From assembly GCA_965208835.1 (NCBI GenBank), contig OZ242358.1, positions 4,288,001 to 4,352,000 on the forward strand: a stretch of DNA of 64,000 nucleotides, written 5' to 3'. The position numbers and the translations under genes were made by a program. Positions 9,841-20,167 of this stretch are shown piece after piece (within the stretch, counting starts at the first letter, position 1; each line of letters begins with the position of its first letter). The notes below the pieces were generated by a model. It worked only from the letters and a program-made list of their open reading frames with translations. It was not told the origin of the DNA and made no database searches. This DNA is from Candidatus Latescibacterota bacterium. Lineage in GTDB: Bacteria; Latescibacterota; UBA2968; GCA-2709665.

Positions 9841-10854
9841 TTGCGGGTTCTTGCGACGGGGGCGACCGGGCGAATCGGGCAGCATCTGGTGCGCGCGCTG
9901 ACCGATGCCGGGCATGCCGTCAGGGCGCTGGTGGTGCCTCACGATAACCGGGCGGCGGATCTGCCATCGGGCGTGGACGTCGTCTTCGGACGGCTCGAGG
10001 AACCCGCCTCGCTCGGCGCCGCGGTGGACGGTGTGGACGCGGTCTTCCACCTTGCCGGCGCGTTGACGTCTCGAGGCTGCCGCGAGGAAGAATTCGTCCG
10101 GGTCAACGTCCAGGGCACGTTTCATCTGCTGAGAGCAGTCCGCGACCGGGTCCCCGAACTGGCCCACTTTGTCTACGCCAGCAGCGATGCCGTCTATTTG
10201 GAGAAACCGGATGAGGACGCCCGGTACCTTCCGGTGGACGAAGATTATCCCCTGTTGGCGGGCTCGGTCTACGGCGCCAGCAAGATTGCCGGCGAGGAAC
10301 TCTGTCTGAGTTTCAGCCGCGGTTTTGGCATACCTGTAACGGTCCTTCGCTTTGGCGCAACGGCGGATGCCCGGGAACTCGTCAATCCGAACAGCGTGTT
10401 CGCGCGCTGGTTGTTTCTCCGCGCGGCAATCGACCACGTCAGGGCGATAACTGCTGCCAATGGCGCGCAGCTGGAGACGCAATCGACACTTGAAACGCTG
10501 TGCAACGGCGGCGAGCAGCTTGTCGTCTACGCGGATCGCGACGGTAACCCTGAGGTCAGGCAGTGGGCGGACGCCCGTGATATCGCGGCGGGATGTTTGC
10601 GCGTACTGGGGTCAGCGGCGGCGGTGGGAGAGGTATTCAATATGGGAGGACGCGAACCGCATTGCGCGGAGGCGTTCGTTGACTTTCTGGCCGCTCGGTT
10701 GGAATTGCCCCATATAAAGGCCTGCATTCCCACCGCGCGACGGCCCTGGTTTATTGCCAGCGGCAAGGCGGAACGACTGCTGGGCTATGAAGCCCGGTAC
10801 ACGGTGTACGATATGGTCGACGACGCTATTCAGACGCGGGAGACGCCCGTATGA
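9841..10854 (+). CDS. NAD-dependent epimerase/dehydratase (extended SDR)
   Basis: TGATGRIG, VFHLAG, ASSDAVY, YGASK. Confidence 0.9.
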   Translation: MRVLATGATGRIGQHLVRALTDAGHAVRALVVPHDNRAADLPSGVDVVFGRLEEPASLGAAVDGVDAVFHLAGALTSRGCREEEFVRVNVQGTFHLLRAVRDRVPELAHFVYASSDAVYLEKPDEDARYLPVDEDYPLLAGSVYGASKIAGEELCLSFSRGFGIPVTVLRFGATADARELVNPNSVFARWLFLRAAIDHVRAITAANGAQLETQSTLETLCNGGEQLVVYADRDGNPEVRQWADARDIAAGCLRVLGSAAAVGEVFNMGGREPHCAEAFVDFLAARLELPHIKACIPTARRPWFIASGKAERLLGYEARYTVYDMVDDAIQTRETPV

Positions 10855-11618
10855 ACCTTGCGTGCTGTATATGGGCTATCGAGGGCTCCGAAGACCGGGT
10901 CGCGGCGCGTGCGGCCGCGTTGGGGTTCGATTGGATCGACGTAAGGCCGTTCGCGTTTTCTTCGGACGGAGCACGGCGTAAAATCCGGGAGCACGGGCTC
11001 ATGGTTTCCTGTATCGCAGCGTCGTTCGGTATGCCGGAAGACGCCCGGTTGAGCAGTCCCGATCGCGACGCCCGGCTGGGAGCCGCTTCCTATCTCGATC
11101 GGACGCTGGCCTTTGGCGCAGCGCTGGGCGCTTCAGCCGCGTACGTCGTTCCGGATGAAGACCCGTCGTCTCTGGACAGATACGCGGCGGAATTGGAGAA
11201 GCTGGCCGAACGGGGAGACGCAATGGGCGTGCGGGTGTGCGTGGAACACTTCCCGGGTTCCGCACTCCCAACCGCCGCGGGGACGATCGCGTTCCTGCGG
11301 GACGTGGGACATCCCAACCTGTTCCTGCTGCTGGATATCGGCCATGCGCAGATGTCTGACGAAGATCCGGCAGCCGTGGTTTCAGAAGCGGGACCGCTGC
11401 TGGGATATGTCCATCTGGACGACAATGACGGTTCGCGCGACTTGCACCTGGCTCTGACGGACGGCATGCTGACCGAAGCAGCGCTGGTTGATACCGTTTC
11501 CGCCCTTGCCGATATCGGTTACCGCGGGAATCTGAGTCTCGAGTTACATCCGGAATTGCCCGATCCGCTCGATGCCCTCCGGCGAAGCCGGGAGATCGTT
11601 CTGAACGCGATGGGGTGA
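10851..11618 (+). CDS. sugar phosphate isomerase/epimerase (AP endonuclease 2 TIM barrel)
   Basis: CVEH, LDIGH, VHLDDN, DLHL, SLE metal ligands; ATGA overlap with the upstream gene. Confidence 0.85.
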   Translation: MNLACCIWAIEGSEDRVAARAAALGFDWIDVRPFAFSSDGARRKIREHGLMVSCIAASFGMPEDARLSSPDRDARLGAASYLDRTLAFGAALGASAAYVVPDEDPSSLDRYAAELEKLAERGDAMGVRVCVEHFPGSALPTAAGTIAFLRDVGHPNLFLLLDIGHAQMSDEDPAAVVSEAGPLLGYVHLDDNDGSRDLHLALTDGMLTEAALVDTVSALADIGYRGNLSLELHPELPDPLDALRRSREIVLNAMG

Positions 11619-11723
11619 AGGGCGGACATTATCCGAAGTCCGCGGCGGGTCGACAACAGCATGTGGTTCATACCTGCGTGTGGTACGTGCGGGTTTGCCA
11701 TCAATAGAAACGCAGGTATTGAT

Positions 11724-11990
11724 TCAGACCCTGTGTTTGGGAGGGCGAGCCGGAACGCCTGCGAGCATGCCCTGAGCGCTTATGTCTTCATCGATGTCGG
11801 GCCAACGGACTCCTATCCCATCGCCGATAATTTCGTAGTTGGCGCGTTCCTCCGGTGTGGCCTCCGACAGCCGCCACGACCAGACAAGAGGAACACTGAT
11901 TGTGCGACCGTCTACAAAGTCAGCTGTGATGGAGTCGTCAGTAACCCGGACAAGCTGAATTCTCGGTTCTGAACTACCCGCAATGTTCAT
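11724..11990 (-). CDS. DUF2442-family protein (putative antitoxin)
   Basis: DGRTISVPLVWSWRL, ATPEERANYEI, GVRWPDIDEDIS. Confidence 0.85.
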   Translation of the reverse strand: MNIAGSSEPRIQLVRVTDDSITADFVDGRTISVPLVWSWRLSEATPEERANYEIIGDGIGVRWPDIDEDISAQGMLAGVPARPPKHRV

Positions 11991-12210
11991 CCCAGTTCTC
12001 CAGGATCAGAATTACATTCGCGCGGATTGCTCTACGAATTCGGTTGAGTTCATGAGGCGAAAAACCCTGATTCCTGCAAAGACTGATCGGTTCGAGCCAA
12101 AATTTGCAGATCCGTTTTTCCCGCTGAACGTGTACATGTTTCGGTTCATTGTAGTCGAAGCTGAAGAAGAAGAATCGATAGGGACCGGTAATGTCTCTGA
12201 TAGTTGGCAT
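11974..12210 (-). CDS. DUF4160-family protein (putative toxin)
   Basis: MPTI...GPYRFFFFS..NEPKHVHV...KFWLEP...WDEH; overlaps the DUF2442 gene. Confidence 0.85.
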   Translation of the reverse strand: MPTIRDITGPYRFFFFSFDYNEPKHVHVQREKRICKFWLEPISLCRNQGFSPHELNRIRRAIRANVILILENWDEHCG

Positions 12211-12520
12211 TCTTGCAGATATCGACCCAGCAATCCAAAGATTAGCGAAAATCCGCCACAATGGCAACGGTTCAGTGTTGAGTCGGATGTCCATGACCTG
12301 AGACAGCCGGTCAGAATTCGCGTATGTAACCCCGTGAATATATGCCGAATTATTATTGAAATCAATAGAGTTCAAGTTGCCCGATAAGGACCTGCAATAA
12401 GGGAGTCTACCAATATTCAATTGGCGCCATCGAAGGCAGGTGAGTCAAAGCCAATGAACGATCCACTGTCTCTCCGTAGAGGGCAGACGAGTCAATTCAT
12501 CCACGATTGAAGAGGCCAGA

Positions 12521-13627
12521 ATGCGAATAGACAGCGACAGAGTCTACCTGTTTCGAGCCCAGATTGAGGGAAACGAGGCGCCATTCGAGGCATACAGGGA
12601 CCTTGCCCAAGCTGCATTGCGGCTCGTGGACCTCGCGCTGCCGGAAGAAGGAACCGTGCTGCTCAAGCCGAATGCGACTGTACTGTTTCCCGCTGAGAAA
12701 CGCATTGTAACGCACCCGGGATTTCTGGCGGGCATGGCCGACGCGCTCGTGGAAAAAGGCGTCGACGCAGGCAGACTGGTGGTTGCCGACGGACAATCCG
12801 GAGAACAACCGGAAAACGGGAATACGTGGAAGGGGGCGGGGTACACGACGATGGCCGACAGCAGAAAGCTGACGTTAGCCGAATTGAACGACCGCCCCAG
12901 CCGGAATGTGCAGGTGCCCGGCGGGGTAGTTTTCGAAGCCTATCCCATTTATCGGGAGGTGACCGACTGCGGGTTCTTTTTCAATGTACCGCTGGCGAAG
13001 TGCCACAACCTGGGATGTACGACCCTGGCGGTCAAGAACCTGATGGGAATTCTCGCGCGGCCGGAGCGCCATCTTTGTCATATCCAGGATGTAGACAAGC
13101 CGTACGAAAGCGACTTATGGAGGCTGACCGAGAGCGGCCTGAGTCTGTTCGAGGACCGGTTCTACCACAAGTTGTGCGACCTGGTGGCCGCGCTGCGTTC
13201 ACTGGATATTCCGCGGCTCTGCATGGTCGACGGGTTGGTCGGAAGAGACGGTACCGCGTTCAACGAGGGCGAGAATCATCCGTTGGGGTGGACCCTGATC
13301 GGAGAGAACGAGGTCCACGTGGACACGGTTGCGACGTATCTGATGGGCCTTGACCCCGAGACCACACCCTATCTCAGGTTTGCAGCCCTGCGAGGATTGG
13401 GCAGCAACAGGCTGGATGAGATCGAGGTGGTAGATCTGGCGGGCGGCGGGGTGATGGACCCGCAAGCGCTGGCACGGATTCGATCGAAGAAGGTTTTGAT
13501 GCCGATCGCCCGTTACGAGGGCGGTTATTATGATCGGTACCGGGCAGACGGTTCCGTTGTACCCTGGCGGATTGACGATGTGAACGAACAGCGACGCTCG
13601 GACGGATTGGAACCCGTTGAGATGTAG
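12521..13627 (+). CDS. DUF362-domain protein
   Basis: VLLKPN, VTHP, VVADG, NVPLAKCH, TLAVKNLMG, VDG, VD..ATYLMG. Confidence 0.85.
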   Translation: MRIDSDRVYLFRAQIEGNEAPFEAYRDLAQAALRLVDLALPEEGTVLLKPNATVLFPAEKRIVTHPGFLAGMADALVEKGVDAGRLVVADGQSGEQPENGNTWKGAGYTTMADSRKLTLAELNDRPSRNVQVPGGVVFEAYPIYREVTDCGFFFNVPLAKCHNLGCTTLAVKNLMGILARPERHLCHIQDVDKPYESDLWRLTESGLSLFEDRFYHKLCDLVAALRSLDIPRLCMVDGLVGRDGTAFNEGENHPLGWTLIGENEVHVDTVATYLMGLDPETTPYLRFAALRGLGSNRLDEIEVVDLAGGGVMDPQALARIRSKKVLMPIARYEGGYYDRYRADGSVVPWRIDDVNEQRRSDGLEPVEM

Positions 13628-13678
13628 CCCGGGCAAACCCGGTGAAGCCACTGCTTGTCAACCTGACACGAAGGCAAG

Positions 13679-16045
13679 ATGAATCAGGCCTCTGAAGCAC
13701 CCGAATACCGGATGCCACCGGTAGAAATCTCGGCGCTGTTGGACGCGCAAACCACACCGGACTTCAGCATCGACCCCGATGGGCGGTGGATGCTCGTTCT
13801 TTCGAAGCCGAGCCTGCCGCCCATATCGGAACTGGCCCGACCGGAATTGCGTCTGGCGGGAATGCGCATCGACCCCGACGCCAACGGTCCTAGCCGGTCC
13901 GGGTATTACACGGGGCTGACGCTGAAACGGATCTCGGATGGCAGGGAACGCCAGATCAGGGGGCTGCCGAAGGGAGGCCGCATCGGGTTGCCGCGATGGG
14001 CGCCGGACGGGAGCCGTGTCGCCTTTACGGTTCGCGACGGACAGGGAATCAGACTCTGGTGGGCCGGCGTGGACTCAGGTGTTGCGCGGCAGGTGTCGGA
14101 GATCCGTTTGAATGGCATCTTCGGCGCGCCATTCGCCTGGATACCATCCGGACCGGAGCGAGTCCCTTCGCTGATCGTCCGGGCTGTTCCGGAGGAACGG
14201 GGCGAAGTCCCGGAAGCGCCTCGGGTTCCGCAGGGTCCCGAGATCCGGGAAAACACGGGCCAACTGGCGCCGTCACGAACCTGGCAGGACCTGCTGACAG
14301 GGGCGCATGACGAAACGCTCTTCGAATACTATGCAACCTCCCGGCTGGTAGTAATTGCACCGGATGGTAGCGAGCGGTACGTGGGCGCGCCCGGAATCAT
14401 CCGCCGTGCCGAGCCGGCGCCGGGAGGCTGCCACCTGCTGGTGGAAACCCTCCACCAACCATTTTCGTACCTGGTGCCGCACTATCGATTTCCTGTCCGG
14501 ATTGAAGTATGGCATCTGGACGGCCGGCTGATTCGCGAACTGGTCGATGCACCCCTGGCGGAGAACGTACCGATCGCGTTCGATGCCGTACGCGATGGGC
14601 CGCGCTCGTTCCGGTGGCGTAACGACGCGGAGGCGACGGTGTGCTGGGTGGAAGCGCAGGATGGCGGCGACCCGGCAGCAGAGACGGAAATCCGGGATCG
14701 CGTGTACACGCTTTCCGAGCCCTTCGATCGCGCACCGGCGTCGTTGCAGTCTCTCGAGCTCCGTTACGCCGGGGTTACGTGGGGAAACGGCGCGATGGCG
14801 CTGGTGACCGAGCGCTGGTGGAAGACCCGCCGGACGAGGACCTGGCGGTTTGCCCCGGATGCGGATTCCCGCGACCGGGAACTGCTCTTCGACCGGTGCT
14901 GGGAAGACCGGTACGGTGATCCGGGTACGCCGGTGACGACGTCGAATCCCGCAGGGCGGAGGGTGTTGCTGACCGGTGACAGCGGCCGACACCTTTTCCT
15001 GGCGGGCGGCGGGGCATCTCCGGAGGGGGACTTCCCTTTCCTGGACAGGTTCGATCTGAAAACGAAATCGGTGGAACGGACCTGGCAATGCGAACCGCCG
15101 TATTATGAACAACCCGTCAGATTGATGGATGAGGCCGACGGTGTGTTGTTGACGTTGCAGGAAACGGCACAGCGTCCGCCAAACGTGTTTTTGCGGACGC
15201 TGGAGACAGGGAACATCCGGCAACTGACTGAATTTCCCCACCCGGCGCCGCAGCTGTCGAAAGTGCGGAAGGAAATCATCCGGTACGGGCGGGCCGACGG
15301 GACCGGCCTGAACGGCACCTTGTATCTGCCGCCAGAGTATTCAGATGACGACGGTCCGCTGCCCTTGCTGATGTGGGCGTATCCGCGTGAGTACAAAAGC
15401 GCCGGTGCGGCCGCACAGGTGACGGGCTCCCGGTATCGATTCACTCGTGTGACCTGGACGTCCCCGCTGCCCTGGTTGACGCAGGGATACGCGGTCCTGG
15501 ACGGACCTTCCATGCCGATTGTTGAACAGGACGGCGTGGACGCCAACGATTCGTACGTGACCCAGTTGGTATCCAGCGCAGAAGCGGCCGTGGAGGAAGT
15601 CGTGCGCCGGGGTGTTGCGGACCGTGACCGCATTGCGATCGGCGGGCATTCCTACGGCGGGTTTATGGCAGCGAATCTCCTGGCGCACAGCGATCTGTTC
15701 AAGGCGGGAATCGCCCGGAGCGGTGCATACAACCGTACGCTGACGCCGTTTGGTTTTCAGTGTGAAGAGCGTACGCTCTGGCAGGCGCCGGAGGTCTATC
15801 ACGCCATGTCGGCATTCATGCATGCCGACAAGATCAAGGCGCCGCTGTTGTTGATACATGGCCAGGCCGACAACAATTCCGGGACATTTCCCCTGCAGAG
15901 CGAGCGGCTATATAACGCGCTGAAGGGTCACGGCGCGACAACCCGACTGGTGATGCTGCCCCACGAGAGCCACGGATACACGGCCCGTGAGTCGGTCATG
16001 CATGTGTTCTGGGAAATGACGGAATGGCTGGCACGGCACCTCTGA
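13679..16045 (+). CDS. S9 prolyl oligopeptidase family peptidase (glutamyl endopeptidase-like)
   Basis: ELRLAG.RI, WAYPRE, GGHSYG nucleophile, ARSGAYNRTLTPFGFQ, HG..DNNSGT, ESHGY. Confidence 0.92.
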   Translation: MNQASEAPEYRMPPVEISALLDAQTTPDFSIDPDGRWMLVLSKPSLPPISELARPELRLAGMRIDPDANGPSRSGYYTGLTLKRISDGRERQIRGLPKGGRIGLPRWAPDGSRVAFTVRDGQGIRLWWAGVDSGVARQVSEIRLNGIFGAPFAWIPSGPERVPSLIVRAVPEERGEVPEAPRVPQGPEIRENTGQLAPSRTWQDLLTGAHDETLFEYYATSRLVVIAPDGSERYVGAPGIIRRAEPAPGGCHLLVETLHQPFSYLVPHYRFPVRIEVWHLDGRLIRELVDAPLAENVPIAFDAVRDGPRSFRWRNDAEATVCWVEAQDGGDPAAETEIRDRVYTLSEPFDRAPASLQSLELRYAGVTWGNGAMALVTERWWKTRRTRTWRFAPDADSRDRELLFDRCWEDRYGDPGTPVTTSNPAGRRVLLTGDSGRHLFLAGGGASPEGDFPFLDRFDLKTKSVERTWQCEPPYYEQPVRLMDEADGVLLTLQETAQRPPNVFLRTLETGNIRQLTEFPHPAPQLSKVRKEIIRYGRADGTGLNGTLYLPPEYSDDDGPLPLLMWAYPREYKSAGAAAQVTGSRYRFTRVTWTSPLPWLTQGYAVLDGPSMPIVEQDGVDANDSYVTQLVSSAEAAVEEVVRRGVADRDRIAIGGHSYGGFMAANLLAHSDLFKAGIARSGAYNRTLTPFGFQCEERTLWQAPEVYHAMSAFMHADKIKAPLLLIHGQADNNSGTFPLQSERLYNALKGHGATTRLVMLPHESHGYTARESVMHVFWEMTEWLARHL

Positions 16046-16082
16046 GAGACCACTCAGTGAACTCGTTCAAGGGTTGAAGAGA

Positions 16083-17498
16083 ATGACAGACAATGCGCGT
16101 ACGGAGAAGCGATCTTCGGATCCGAGCAGGTCGCCGGTTTTCGGCAAACTCCGGTCGTTGCTGGGCGATCGGGTAAGGACGGACGAGGGCATCCGGGAAG
16201 CCCACGCGGGCGACGCTTCGTATCATAAGCCCAGGTTGCCGGATGCTGTGGTCTTTCCCGCCTGCAATGACGAAGTGTCGAAGATTGTGAGACTCTGTGC
16301 CCGATACCGGACACCGGTCGTGCCGTTTGGTACGGGAACGGCCGTGGAAGGTGGAATCGTCGCTGTACAGGGTGGCGTGTGCATCGATTTGAGCCGTATG
16401 AGCCGTATCTTGAGGGTTGGCAAGGCCGACCTGGACGCAACGGTGGAGGCTGGCGTAACGAGAAAGCAGCTCAACCGGCATCTGGCGGAAGCAGGGACGG
16501 GACTGTACTTTCCGGTCGATCCCGGAGCGGACGCCTCCCTGGGAGGAATGACGGCGACACGGGCGTCGGGCAGTGCGGCGGTGGGATACGGAACGATGAG
16601 GGAAAACGTCCTGGGGCTGACGGTCATACTGGCTGACGGCAGCATCGTTCACGCAGGCGGACGGGCGAGGAAATCGTCCGCCGGTTACGACCTGGCGCAT
16701 TTGTTCGTCGGATCCGAGGGCACACTGGGTGTCATTACCGAGGTGACGCTGAAGCTGGCGAGGGTCCCTGAGGCGGTATCCGCGGCGGTCTGTGCGTTTC
16801 CGGACATTTCTTCGGCGGTAAACGCGGTAATTGAATTGATGTCAACGGGAATAGAAATGACGCGGATCGAGCTTCTCGACGAAGTTCAGATGGGCGCGAT
16901 CAACGCGTATTCAGGCTTCGACTACAAAGTGGCGCCAACGCTTTTTTTTGAGTTCCACGGTTCCGAGTCGTCCGTTGTCGAGCGCGTCGCGGCGGCCGGG
17001 CCGGTCACGGACAGGCACGGCGGCGAGGACTTTCGCAAGGCAACCGGACAGAAAGAACGCGACAGGCTCTGGCAGGCGCGGTATGACGCCTATTACGCGT
17101 CACAGACCATGCGGCCGGGTTCGGTGGGGTACGTGACGGACGTGTGCGTACCGGTTTCAAGACTGGCGGATTGTATCCTGAAGACCAAAGAAGAGCTGAA
17201 GGCGTCGACCCTGATTGCTCCCCTGTTCGGTCACGTCGGCGACGGAAACTTCCACGTCGTTTTCCTGATCGATCCGAATCGCCCCGAAGAGCTTGCCGAA
17301 GCGCGTAAATTCAGCGAACGGATCGTCGAATTCGCCCTGGAAATGGGCGGAACGTGTACAGGTGAACACGGGATCGGTATGGGTAAACTGGCACAACTTG
17401 AGCAGGAACATGGCGAAGGGGTAAGGGTCATGCAGGCGATCAAGAAAGCACTGGATCCGCTCAACATCATGAATCCGGGAAAGGTCGTGAAGATATGA
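16083..17498 (+). CDS. FAD-linked oxidase (D-lactate dehydrogenase / GlcD family)
   Basis: PDAVVFP, FPVDPGADASLGG, GSEGTLG, GHVGDGNFH, GEHGIG, DPLNIMNPGK. Confidence 0.9.
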   Translation: MTDNARTEKRSSDPSRSPVFGKLRSLLGDRVRTDEGIREAHAGDASYHKPRLPDAVVFPACNDEVSKIVRLCARYRTPVVPFGTGTAVEGGIVAVQGGVCIDLSRMSRILRVGKADLDATVEAGVTRKQLNRHLAEAGTGLYFPVDPGADASLGGMTATRASGSAAVGYGTMRENVLGLTVILADGSIVHAGGRARKSSAGYDLAHLFVGSEGTLGVITEVTLKLARVPEAVSAAVCAFPDISSAVNAVIELMSTGIEMTRIELLDEVQMGAINAYSGFDYKVAPTLFFEFHGSESSVVERVAAAGPVTDRHGGEDFRKATGQKERDRLWQARYDAYYASQTMRPGSVGYVTDVCVPVSRLADCILKTKEELKASTLIAPLFGHVGDGNFHVVFLIDPNRPEELAEARKFSERIVEFALEMGGTCTGEHGIGMGKLAQLEQEHGEGVRVMQAIKKALDPLNIMNPGKVVKI

Positions 17499-17529
17499 CT
17501 TCGACAGCATCCGACGGAAAATCGGCGAT

Positions 17530-17607
17530 TTTGAATAATTATTCTTGACTTTCGAATTTTTTTGTGTATTATTCGAATAATTATCAATAAAATGGAATAA
17601 AATTCCA
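17530..17607 (+). promoter_or_regulatory. arg operon promoter with tandem ARG boxes
   Basis: TTGACT (17545)-N16-TATTAT; GAAT half-sites at 17533, 17554, 17575, 17595 (TGAATAATTATTCT, CGAATAATTATCAA, GGAATAAAATTCCA). Confidence 0.8.
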
Positions 17608-18071
17608 TGAGTGGAAAACAGGAACGTCAGCGGCATATTCTCGACGTCATCACATCCCGTGCGGTCGGGACTCAGAGGGCGTTAAGCGAAGCGCTCAGCG
17701 CCGCTGGTATTTCCACCACACAGTCCACGCTCTCGAAGGACCTGAAACAGTTGGGTATCGTCAAGTCGCCGGACGGCTCGGGCGGACTTCGCTATCAGGC
17801 CCCGGCCGACGAATCCGGACAGGATGGCAGTGGTTCGAATCTGCTCGCGAGGGAGTTGAGGGATTTCGTCGTTGAAACGGGCGGGGCGGGGCATACGCTC
17901 GTGTTGAAGACGATGACAGGACACGCGCAGGGTGTGTGCGAAGCCATCGACCGGGCGGGATGGACCGAGGTCGTGGGGACGATCGCAGGAGAAAATACGA
18001 TCTTCATCCTGTGCCAATCCGTGGAAGAACGAAAACTGCTGAAGGAGCGAATTCTTGAGATTTCTCAATGA
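17607..18071 (+). CDS. argR: arginine repressor
   Basis: TQ..L..AL...GI..TQSTLSKDL..LG; VLKT..GHA; VVGTIAGENTI. Confidence 0.93.
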   Translation: MSGKQERQRHILDVITSRAVGTQRALSEALSAAGISTTQSTLSKDLKQLGIVKSPDGSGGLRYQAPADESGQDGSGSNLLARELRDFVVETGGAGHTLVLKTMTGHAQGVCEAIDRAGWTEVVGTIAGENTIFILCQSVEERKLLKERILEISQ

Positions 18072-18227
18072 CGGGGACGAAACAGTCAATCGCATACCGG
18101 GAGACGAGGCAGTCCGGGTTGCGACGTCGTCGAAAGGACCGGGAGTGAAGTACCGGTCGCGGCCTCTGCTGAGCGCCTGGGAACCCCCGACGCGGGAGTG
18201 TAATCCAAAGCCCGCGGGAGGATTCAC

Positions 18228-19175
18228 GTGGCTTTGAGCGTCGGCATCTACGGCGATACCGGGATGGTGGGCCAGGAACTGGAACGGGTACTGGCGCATC
18301 ACGACCGTGCGGAGATCGGCTTCCGGCAGAATTCCAGACGACGGCAGGGCGTCCTGGACCAGTGTGATCTTGTATTCCTGGCCACGAAAGACCCCGAGTC
18401 GATGCAGTTCGCGCCGCAGGCACTGGACGCGGGCGCGAGAGTTATCGATATGAGCGGCGCTTTCCGGTTGCCGAGGCGCCTGTTCGAATCCGGCTACGGG
18501 CTGGACCACCGTGCTCCGGAGCTTCTTGAAGAGGCGGTTTACGGCATGCCCGCGCTGTTTGCCGACCGGATTGCCTGCGCGCGGCTTGTTGGTAATCCGG
18601 GCTGCTATCCAACCAGCGTTATTCTGGCGTTGAAACCGTTGAAGGAAATGGTGCAGGGCGAAGCGACGGTGGTGGCCACTTCGGGAAATTCGGGCGCCCG
18701 CAGAGAGATTGAACAGGAGCCCGACGAGGTCACCTACAGTTTCGGCCGGCGGCACAAACACGTACCGGAGATGGAGTTCTATTCCGGTTTTCGGGTGAAC
18801 TTCACGCCTATCGTTCTGCGCTCCGTATTCGCGGGCATCAATGCCAACATACGAATTGAGCTGGCCGACAGTCTGAAGGCATTACACGCGCACGAGGCCG
18901 GCAGACAGCTGGTCGAGGCGATCGCGTCTGCGTATACAAACGAGGACCTTGTCGTTCCCGTGGAGGATTCGGAGGACAAACAGTGGGGTACGCGCGACGT
19001 CGTCGGCACGCACAAGCTGGCGATCAAGGTGGGCGTGGACGACGGGTTTGCATATATATGTGCAATGGAAGACAACCTGGGCAAGGGCGCGGCCAGCCAG
19101 GCGGTCGAGAATATGAACCTGATGTTCGAGCTGCCCAGACTCTACGGAATTGACGAAGTGTACAGCACGGGCTGA
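18228..19175 (+). CDS. argC: N-acetyl-gamma-glutamyl-phosphate reductase
   Basis: G.TGMVGQEL, IDMSGAFR, YGMP, NPGCY, SG.SGA, H.HVPE, DNLGKGAASQAV. Confidence 0.93.
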   Translation: MALSVGIYGDTGMVGQELERVLAHHDRAEIGFRQNSRRRQGVLDQCDLVFLATKDPESMQFAPQALDAGARVIDMSGAFRLPRRLFESGYGLDHRAPELLEEAVYGMPALFADRIACARLVGNPGCYPTSVILALKPLKEMVQGEATVVATSGNSGARREIEQEPDEVTYSFGRRHKHVPEMEFYSGFRVNFTPIVLRSVFAGINANIRIELADSLKALHAHEAGRQLVEAIASAYTNEDLVVPVEDSEDKQWGTRDVVGTHKLAIKVGVDDGFAYICAMEDNLGKGAASQAVENMNLMFELPRLYGIDEVYSTG

Positions 19176-19228
19176 ACCGTCGGTCAAAATTGACGGAACA
19201 CAGCTGCCTGGTAATACGGGAATTTGCG

Positions 19229-20113
19229 ATGGAGCAATTCATTCAGAAAGCCGCCACGCTGGTGGAGGCGTTTCCCTACATCCGCTCTTTTCGGGACAAG
19301 ATCGTCGTTGTGAAATACGGGGGAAGCACGCAGCCTGACGACGGCGGGTCGGACACGATTCTGGCGGATCTGGTTTTCATGGAAACCGTGGGCATGCGGC
19401 CCGTGGTCGTGCATGGCGGCGGCAGGGAAATCAGCAGACGCCTGCAGGAAGCCGGACTGGAGTCGAAATGGATCAACGGATTGCGCGTGACTGACGCGGA
19501 TTCGATGCAGGTGGTGGAAGACACACTGTTCGGTGTGGTAAACAGAAGGATTGTGGAGGGCATCCGGGCGCTGGACGGATGCGCGCACGGCATGTCCGCA
19601 AAAGAAGCCGGCGTTATGCACGTGCGCAGGCATTTTGCACAGGTGGCGTCCAACGGCACACGGGTGCCGGTGGACATCGGGTTTGTGGGCGACGTACACC
19701 GGGTGGATCCGGAACCGGTTCGAAGCGTGTGCGCGAAGGAAACGATTCCGGTGATCGCCCCAATCGGCCTCGGCCCCGACGGCAGGAGTTACAACGTGAA
19801 CGCGGATACGGCCGCCGGAGAAATCGCGCGAACGCTTCAGGCGGAGAAGCTGGTCTTCCTGACGGACGTAAACGGCATTTTGAGTGACAGCGCCGATCCG
19901 GAATCCCGGATCTCAACATTGCACGTCAATGACGTGGACAGGCTGATCCGGGACGGTACGGCGAAGGGAGGAATGATTCCAAAGCTTCAGGCTTGCGTGC
20001 GTTCGGTGAGAGGGGGCGTTAACAAGACGCACATTATAGATGGACGTGTTCCCCACGCCCTGTTGCTGGAAGTCTTTACGCGTGAGGGGATCGGCACCGA
20101 GATTGTCCAATGA
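19229..20113 (+). CDS. argB: acetylglutamate kinase
   Basis: L.EAFPYI, VVKYGG, VHGGG, GLRVT, NVNAD, GGMIPK, HIIDGR. Confidence 0.95.
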   Translation: MEQFIQKAATLVEAFPYIRSFRDKIVVVKYGGSTQPDDGGSDTILADLVFMETVGMRPVVVHGGGREISRRLQEAGLESKWINGLRVTDADSMQVVEDTLFGVVNRRIVEGIRALDGCAHGMSAKEAGVMHVRRHFAQVASNGTRVPVDIGFVGDVHRVDPEPVRSVCAKETIPVIAPIGLGPDGRSYNVNADTAAGEIARTLQAEKLVFLTDVNGILSDSADPESRISTLHVNDVDRLIRDGTAKGGMIPKLQACVRSVRGGVNKTHIIDGRVPHALLLEVFTREGIGTEIVQ

Positions 20114-20167
20114 AGAAAGACGCGGACCAAGCTGTGTATGTGGAACCCAAAAAACGGGGAGTGGATG

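Noticed and set aside
18072-18227. Riboswitch in the argR-argC gap
   Set aside because: Only a short GACCGG/CCGGTC hairpin; no recognisable aptamer consensus. An Rfam scan would settle it.
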